NCBI GenBank assembly: GCA_964016885.1
Contig: OZ024740.1
Location: forward strand, 384,586,001-384,650,000
From: Eledone cirrhosa
Lineage: Eukaryota
Direction: 5' to 3'
Length of the DNA stretch: 64,000 nucleotides
A program made the position numbers and the translations under genes. Numbering within the stretch: position 1 is the first letter of the stretch; each line of letters starts with the position of its first letter. The notes beneath the pieces are model-generated. The model was not told the origin of the DNA. It worked only from the letters and a program-made list of their open reading frames with translations, and searched no databases. This document shows, piece after piece, positions 55,760 through 64,000 of the stretch.

Positions 55760-58700
55760 AGCAACTAACAGCGCTGCGATCGAATGTGGCTTTTTAGCCC
55801 AGCCAATGATCTAAAATGTCTTGCACAGAGTCGGCAACCAAAACATTCACTGGGAATAGTTGGCTGTGGTTGGAGTTCGTGTACTTTTGCACGTCGCTTG
55901 AGCCCTCCTGGTGATTTACATTCTCTACCACATGTTTGGCAAGCATGATGAGTAGCATCTCCAACAGCAGCCTGGTAGTCAACCACTGGTCTTACTTTAT
56001 GACTGCGAAGATGACTTTTGAGTCCAGCTTTGCTTAGGCAGAGTCTCGCACAGACGCTGCATGTCAGCACCATAGGAGGACCCTCGCCGTCTGGAAGTGC
56101 AACAGCAATGTCCTTCTTCACATCCGCTTTACTTTCTCATATGCGATTCGAGATGCCTCAAAGGCAACTTTTCCCTCATATACAGTCTTTCTCCATTTAT
56201 TACGACCAGCAGCAATATTTTCCCATGTATCAGCAGAGATGTTAGCGTCTTTCAGGGAGGCTTTCAAGGAATCCTTAGACCTCTTTTATGGTTTATATGG
56301 CGGTCGTTTTCCTTTAACCAACTCTCCATGAAAGAGTTGTTTTGGTATTCTAGAATCCTTCATCCTGGCACGGTGACTACTCCAACGGAGTCATTGCTTA
56401 AGCACAAGAGCTTCTATACTGTCACACATAGAGCTTTCCAAAATCTCGATATCACTGATGTGGTCTCTCCAGTTAACGCCATGGATCCGTCTGAGACACA
56501 TCTGATGGAAACGCTCCAATTGCTTAAGGTGGTGTCGATATGTGACCCAGGTCTCGCAGGCATAAAGAAGACAAGAGAGCACACATGCCCTGTACACCTT
56601 TACCTTTGTCCTCCTGCATATCTCTCGCCGACCCCAGAGTCGCCTTTCTAGCTTTCCGAAAGCATCACTTGCTTTCCTAATCCTAAGTGAGATTTCACTG
56701 TCAAGGTTGCTGTATCGATTGACAGTGCTCCCCAGGTAGACAAACTGATCAACCACTCCAAGTCGTTTGCCATACACATAGATGTTTGGTTCAGTGTACT
56801 GCTTACCAGGGGCAGGTTGGTACATGACGACGGTTTTCTTGAGACAAACAGTCAATCCTAGGGCAGTGCAAGCGTCAGAAAATGCCTTCAAAATGTGCTG
56901 CATATCACTCTCTGTGTGCGCTACAAGATCGCAATCATCTGCATACAAGAGGTCTCTTATGATTGATGTAAATACTTTTGTCTTTGCAGCAAAGCACCTG
57001 ATGTTAAATATGCTGCCGGATATGTAAACACCATGCTCGCAATTCCTGAATGCAATACAGAAAACCATTGCAAAGTATATGGCAAACAGGGTCGGTGCTG
57101 GAATATCCCCCTGTTTCACTCCATTTTTTACCGAGATAGGCTCCGACATGTTACCTCCGACATTAACCCAAGCCTTCATGTCGTCATGGAAAGACCTAAC
57201 TAAAGCAAGGAACTTATCAGGGCAACCAAGTTTCTGGAGAACCTTCCATAATGCATCTCTGTTAACAGTATCGAAAGCTTTTGTCAGATCGACAAAAACC
57301 TGATCCAAGCCTTGTTCCATGCACTTCTCCTGGATCTGTCTAGCTGAGAAGATCATATCAGTAGTGCCGCGTCCAGCACGAAAACCAGATTGACTTTCAG
57401 GAAGAACACAATCTGCAATGTGTGTCAGCAGACGGTCCAGAAGCACCCTACATAAAACTTTCCCTACGACAGAAAGCAATGATATACCTCTGTAGTTCCC
57501 ACAATCGTTCCTGTTACCCTTTCCCTTGTACAAGACCACCATTACTGCATCTCTCCAGTCCTCAGGTACGGATTCATTAGTCCATATCCTGCCAAACAAA
57601 GAGTGAAGATGTTGCAGGAGTCTGTCTCTCACCACCATATTGTAGGAGCTCAGCATGTATGCCATCCATACCTGGAGATCTTTCACTGCAACCTCCACAA
57701 GCGTCGGAGGTCCTGCGAGAGCTACTTTCACAGGACTTTCTGGAATGAGATTGAGGAAATCTTCACTGACGACAGACGGCTGATTCAAAAGATCATCAAA
57801 GTGCTCTCGCCACCTTCGTAGAATTCTTCGTGAGTCACGAAGAAGTTCTTTGCCATCCTTGCTGCGAAGCGGTGTCACCAGAGAAGAAGACGGTCCATAA
57901 ACCTCACGCAAGAGACTGTACACCAGCTTTGTGTTATTGGAATCAGACGCAGTTTGTATCTCACCAGCCTTCTCACTCCACCATTGATCCTTCATCTGAG
58001 AAAGACTCCGCCTAACACGTGATTCTACATCCCTGAGTTCCTCATGCAACGTATTCCTCTCCTGTGGTTTTGCCGTCAAGTAGCGTGACAGAGCACGCCT
58101 CTTATCAGCCAACAAGTCTTCTATATGTACATCATTCTCATTAAACCAGTCCTGATGTTTTCTCTGCACAAATCCCAGAACATGCCTGCCTACATCATAA
58201 ACCGACTTTTTAAGGGTCGGCAAATCCTCACCAAGATCTGCAGCCTGCATCTCTTCTTCCAATGTCCTCATCACATTTGTCTCCTTAAGACGAGCATCAT
58301 TCAATCTTTTGGGCAGTGCAACACCAGGAGCCCGGATTTTACGTTTAGTGATTAGTTTCACTTTGGCGCGTACCAGGCGGTGGTCCGTCCAGCAATCAGC
58401 TCTACGAAGAACACGAACACACTGCACATCCTGTCTGTCACGCATCCCTGACTAGGACGTAGTCCAAAAGATGCCATTCCTTAGATGCAGGATGCATCCA
58501 TGTGGTCTTGAATTTGTTCTTTTGTTGGAACATGGTGTTGGAACATGGTGTTGGTAACACACAGATCCAGCTCCTCACACATCTGCAGCAGGAGCATACC
58601 ATTGCTGTTACACTTTCCCACCCATGCCTTCCGATTACAGTCCATGTGTTAAAATCCCTACCCACTCTAGCATTAAAATCACCAAGCACGATGACTTTAT

Positions 58701-59275
58701 CTGCCTGAGGGATATTTCTTAAAACACCTTTCAAGGCATGGTAAAAGGACACTTTTTCTTCATCGACAGAATTCATCGTTGGAGTATACACACTCACCAG
58801 GGTAGCATATCTTCCTTTGTCCAGCGGAACTCTCATGGACATAAGACGCTCACTAATCCCTACTGGGAATTCTTCTAATTTATTCACAAGTACAGTCTTA
58901 ACAGCAAATCCTACCCCAGCCTCTCTTCTGGTTCCTTCATCTCTTCCTTTCCAGAAGAATGTATATTCTCCACAAAATTCCGTAAGATGACCATCTCCAG
59001 CTAACCTCTTCTCAGATAAAGCCACGATGTCAAGATCGTAACGTCGTAGCTCCTTTGCAACAAGAGCGTCCTTCGTTCAGGACGCTCCAAGGAATCCCTG
59101 TCAAGCAGCGTCCGTACGTTCCAGCAGCCAAGACTAAATGCCTTGTGAGGCTCTATTACAATGGCACGATGACGAGCGGGCCCAGGCTGTGATAACCTGG
59201 GGCCCCTGCCCTTATTGCTAATTATCTTTTTTGTTCCAGAACCTAAATTGCCAATTATCTCTTTTATATTGTTCT
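55760..59275 (-). mobile_element. Near full-length RTE-clade LINE, frameshifted
   Basis: APE (WNVRTL, ALSE, GVGF, GDFNARVG, LLDYVL, WTDH), RT (YRGISLL, QSGFR, DLTKAFD, GVKQG, YADD, YLGS) and C-terminal C2H2 fingers. Confidence 0.95.
56391..58445 (-). pseudogene. RTE ORF, reverse transcriptase segment
   Basis: 684-aa ORF with RT motifs; continues by frameshift into 58438-59025 (APE) and 55765-56121 (ZnF). Confidence 0.92.
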
Positions 59276-59519
59276 GGAACATCATTGAATTGGAAAAAAA
59301 AAAAAAAAAAAAAAAAAAGTAATAATAATAGTAATAATAATAATAATAATAATAGTACACTATTAATAATTAATATACATACATACATACATACATACAT
59401 ACATACATACATACATACATAGTGAAAGCCAATTCGTGTCCGATTATGATATCTTCTCAGGTAAAAAACAGACACTAGGAAAAATGTGATGTTGATGTTG
59501 TCACTGATGTCACTATACA

Positions 59520-60470
59520 TGTGAAGGATACATCATTAGCTCAAAGGAGGATGCAAATACGAACTTAAGCCATAACTTATGTGTGGATGATCTGAAACTG
59601 TAGGCCAAGAACATACATGGGATGAAGAAAAATCTTGACATGGTTACAACATTTTCAATGGATATATGAATGGATTTTGGCAAAGATAAATTTTCATATA
59701 TGATTGTAAAGCGGGAGGTAACTGCATGCTTATCAGCAAAATGTCCTCCATGGATATGTTGCCAGGAAACTCCAGAGTGAGAGTAATAGAGATAATCAAA
59801 TGAATCTAGCTGGAGCAACAACCGCCGTATTGGCTGCCACTTTGAAGGGTATGTTTTTGCAATCTATGAACAGGAAATCAACACAAAATAACTGATTCAC
59901 AAAAGAAATAGGGATGCAGGCAAAAAGGCTACATGTTACAAGTGCAGGCTCAGCAGAATAAACTTCGAAGATATCACCCATGCCATAAGCAGCTGTCCAA
60001 AGATGTCATCACGAAACTATCTGCCAATGATGCATGATGTAGTGGCCAAAACATTGTACAATTCAACCCGCAGAAAAGAGAGCCCCGACAATAAACATTA
60101 AAAGTTACAGCAATGTGGAAGCCATATACATACATGATATGGAAGAGTACTGGTGGAATTAACCAGTGAAAACCCCAATAAAATGCAAACATAACAGACC
60201 AGATCTAATGACATCGTACAGGGAAAAGAAGGCATGCACAGTAGTGGCAGTAAGCTCTCCAGCAGATGCCAATATAATATCAAAGATTAGCGAAAAGGAG
60301 AATATGTATGCAGAACTGATGAGAAATCTGCAGATACTCCACCCTGACTATACCTTCAGATTTATACTTGTGATTATTGGGGCACTGGGATAGTTAGGAT
60401 TTTACAAGTAAAAGCCATTAATGGAACAGTAAAAATATGTAAAACATTCCAAACTTTCTGCATCTAATAA
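59520..60470 (+). mobile_element. Degenerate R4-like (restriction-like endonuclease) LINE remnant with internal deletions
   Basis: ISHNLCVDDLKL, C.KC..EDITHAISSCPKMS, HDVVAK, KHNRPDL..SSPAD.NI..EK..Y, IIGALG. Confidence 0.8.
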
Positions 60471-60679
60471 CTGCATGTACCGATACAAAGTATATGCAGA
60501 TGCACACATATAACTCAAAACATACACATCCACCCATACATTAACATCCATACCTGCACACACAAGCATAAATTCCAATGAAAGAGTCTTGTATCCATAT
60601 TAGAAACCAAATCCCTCCGATGGCAACATTTTTAAAATTATAAAACCAGAAGAACATACACACATGCATACATACATAC

Positions 60680-61288
60680 ATGGTGGCTGCCAACTCGTTT
60701 TCGAGTACGGCCACTACTTTATATCCATGTAGGAGAACCCCTACCGATGCGCTGAACGAGTGTGACTTTTTAGTCCAGCCAGCGACTTGAAAACTCTGGT
60801 ACAAACACTACACTTGTGACAATTATTGACACATAGTGCTGGGCCCATGGTACCCTGTGACAACAAGTGCAGAGAGATCTCCAGATATAAAGCAATGCCT
60901 GGGCTTGAAGCTTTTAGAGTGAGCAAAGGCACTGCACAAAGCCAGTCCCACTCTCTTAACTAAGATGATATTTACCAAAAAGAAGAACAAGTCAAAATCA
61001 TTGGATACCATCAGAGTTGCAGGTGTTATTTAAGAGTTTTCCTTCTCCTAGAATTCTGCCTTGACAAAGGCTAAGGGTTTATCTCTCCCGGTGATTTTGG
61101 ATGGCCATTGATACTTAAGAGCTCCTTTGCCCTTTGACAGGTTTTGTTTTTAGTCCTGCAGGATATCCAAAGTCACCCTCCTCACCAAGAAACCTTGGTG
61201 GGGTTGCCAGTTTAGTCGCCAATGACCCGACCATGGGACAGGTTGTACTGGGATACATGTTACCAGTAGCACCAACTGGTGACCTGAC
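60680..61288 (-). mobile_element. Internally deleted RTE derivative
   Basis: 3' ZnF CSVCTRVFKSLAGLKSHTRS similar to 55765-55850; 5'-UTR-type motif ctaggagaaggaaaactc at about 61035-61052. Confidence 0.65.
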
Positions 61289-61479
61289 ATACATACATAC
61301 ATACATACATACATACATACATACATACATACATACATACATACATACATACATACATACATACATACACACACCATACATATATACATAAAAACAGACG
61401 TACACAGAATAACAAGAAAATACCCGATACACAAATGAAATATCATACAAACCATAAACAGATGTTCAAAGTAGTCATC

Positions 61480-61905
61480 TACTTATGAAGCAGGGCGTAG
61501 TGGCCAAAATAGAAAGGATAGCAACGAGAATAAAATTACCAAAATACATAGATATGTGGAGGGCATATCCACATATATTATGAAAGAGTAAGTGTAGAAT
61601 GTTCCAGTCAAAGCCCCAATTAAATGTAAACATAACAGACAAAACATAGTGTTATGGTACAAACGAAAGAAGGCATTCTTAAAATTTCACGAAAAGGAAG
61701 TTATTCATGCCGACCAAATGGGGGCCTACAGATAATCCAAACTGATAATACATTCAAATTTGCACCTGTGACTCTTTGGGGCACTTGGATATGTTGCTAT
61801 CTGATTTAGCACAAATCTTGAGAAGCTGAGCTTTACGGATTCAATAGTAGCATGGCTGATTAAGACATTGTAAAAGAATCTGTAAAAATGCGCAAAACAT
61901 CTTAT
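61480..61905 (+). mobile_element. Second, more decayed copy of the 59.5-60.5 kb LINE 3' region; a further 3' end at about 62370-62470
   Basis: gtagtggccaaaa, aaagccccaattaaatgtaaacataacagac, ttggggcacttggata and aatctgtaaaa shared with 60040-60450. Confidence 0.65.
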
Positions 61906-63570
61906 GTAATATCTGCAAGTAATACTTACATATGCTCTTGTATATATATAAAAACATATGTATAGGTGCATATATAATTCAGAATGTGTTTATGCATAAA
62001 TATGTGATGCCTGCCCCCTCGTTATCAAGTATGGCCATTGCATGATATAACATTATTAATAATTATCAATTAATGCTATTGTACAATGTCTGTGAGTGAT
62101 GATTTTTTTTAAGTGAGGAAAGACTGTGCAGTGAGCCAGTCCCGCTCTCTGAGCGACAGTAGCTATAACCCGAAAAGAAGAAAAGATAAACATCATTGGT
62201 AACTACTGAGCCGAAGGTTTTATGTCGGAGTTGTCCCAGTTTCTTAAGTTGCCTTCTCCTAGAAGAATGCCCTGACGAATGGTATGGGTCTTTCACTCCC
62301 AGTGGTTTAACCGCGCGATTGAGTAGCAAGCTCGATTATTTCTATGTCCCCGCGCATATATATACCCATGTTGGAAGAAAATATGAATGACCTTGCAATT
62401 TTAATTCAGAAGCTACAATGGTCACTATATTAGGTACCTTCAAAATCTGTAAAACATTCTTAAAATTGAAAAGATGAACGATTGTGTCATGGACAGGGGA
62501 AATATCCTTTTCGCTACAACCTTACTACCAAGAACGTGGCCGGGCCAATCATATTCTAAATCAAGAATAAATGACAAACATACACACATATACATGAGCA
62601 TATACATACATACAAACATATCTATCAATCTGCCTGTATTTATGCATTTATCTCAATTTTTCTCTCCTCTCTTCTCTATCTCTCTTTCCCCATCACCAAG
62701 ACAACTACTGGACATACCAAAGAAACAGCTTTGAACACACACTCTACCACTCACTATTGGTAATCACTCCTGGCGATCTCACATTCATAACTTAATCTGC
62801 ATAACAATGACAAACCTTCTATTACAGAGTTAGAAAATATTTCAACCTAAAATATTTGCATTCCTTCCAATGTTATATTACACTAACAAATGGATATAAT
62901 TCTTAGTTACATATACAGAAATTCTAGACAGCATATAAAAGAAAGTGTTCTGGTTTGCAAACATAAGCATCGCTTTCTTTCTTCGTCTATCTCATTGCTT
63001 TTCCTATATCTGAAATATTGCGCTGTACTCTGAACTCTCTGGGAAGCCATCCATTCCTATGGATGTCTTGCAGACATCAACACCGATCGCATCAATCTCA
63101 CCAAACTTAAATGTCTGTGACTGTAAAACCACTTGTTTATTTATCTCATTGTACCTCAAGTATTTATATACAACTATACATATCTTGGTGTGCAGTTATT
63201 TAAGGTGATTTTTATGATCGTGATATCACTGGCCGATGCAGTACGCCCGAATGTGTTCATATATGGGCATTTCTGAAGAACTTTGTTTTATTGTTCATAT
63301 ATTTTGTGGAGAACTTCAAACACTGCAATATTTTGTATTTCTCACTAATACAAAATGAACAGCTTTGCTTAATTTAATAGTAATAAACCAATGCTAGTAA
63401 CGAAAACGTGTGGAAGATAATTAATTATACTATAAATTTCCAGCTCAGTATATTGCATAGAGCGCTATGTTTCCTTTAACTGTTCGACGGAGTTACTCAA
63501 CACCAAGTATATATATATATATATATATACGCACATATATATATATATATCTTATTTTTCATTCTTTCTG

Positions 63571-63607
63571 CTGACGAAGGACTGGCGTCCGAAAGGGTCG
63601 GACCCTT
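63571..63607 (+). ncRNA. Hammerhead-like core in a short PLE-type terminal fragment between (TA)n tracts
   Basis: CTGACGA-a-ggac-tggc-gtcc-GAAA-gggtc-g-gaccc-TT; stem I not evident. Confidence 0.5.
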
Positions 63608-64000
63608 TTTCCTTCTATTCCAAGCGTTAACCTAATATATTCCTTCCATATACTATACCGATTGTGTTTTTCCTGTTTACCTTTTACATACATATATATA
63701 TATATATATAAATGCCGAAATACCCGCGCCTTGCTGCGTTTCACGCATTTTTTTTGGTAAGAAAATGATGATTGATTTTAAATCAGTGATATAATTTTTG
63801 TAATATATCAAATCAAAAGTACATTATTAAATCTTATTCTTATTTTGTTTCTTGTAAATCATTTTTTTCAAAATATCAATTCAAAACTTTTGTGAATAGG
63901 CATCATATCTTGTCATTTACCTATAGTTTAAATTTCATATAAATCGAAGGGAAAACAATTTCAACGAGCGTTTTGTGCCCCCGGGAAACCCCAATAGGGG

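Noticed and set aside
63712-64000. Possible Helitron 3' end (gccgaaatacccgcgccttgctgcg)
   Set aside because: CTAG absent and the element runs off the window

Overview
AT-rich, microsatellite-saturated eukaryotic (animal) DNA. The SINE and repeat style suggests an octopus/cephalopod, but that is inference from memory. I find no intact host gene, and most ORF-track entries are (TA)n, (TACA)n or (TAC)n artefacts. The window is dominated by retroelements. There are four protein-coding Penelope-like elements (PLEs; RT plus GIY-YIG, one reduced to its endonuclease C-terminus), a near-full RTE LINE, fragments of R4/Dong-, CRE- and RTE-type LINEs, tRNA-SINEs, a 5S rRNA pseudogene and a probable non-autonomous Helitron. 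The main signal is a PLE/hammerhead-ribozyme system. About ten well-formed and several degenerate type I minimal hammerhead motifs, mostly with palindromic stem III, lie near the 3' ends of autonomous PLEs and of non-coding passengers, including a ~420-nt circularly permuted retrozyme-like family with an upstream octamer. About ten of these insertions are fold-backs in (TA)n tracts. Wherever polarity can be read, both 3' ends face outward, and usually only one arm carries an extra tail.
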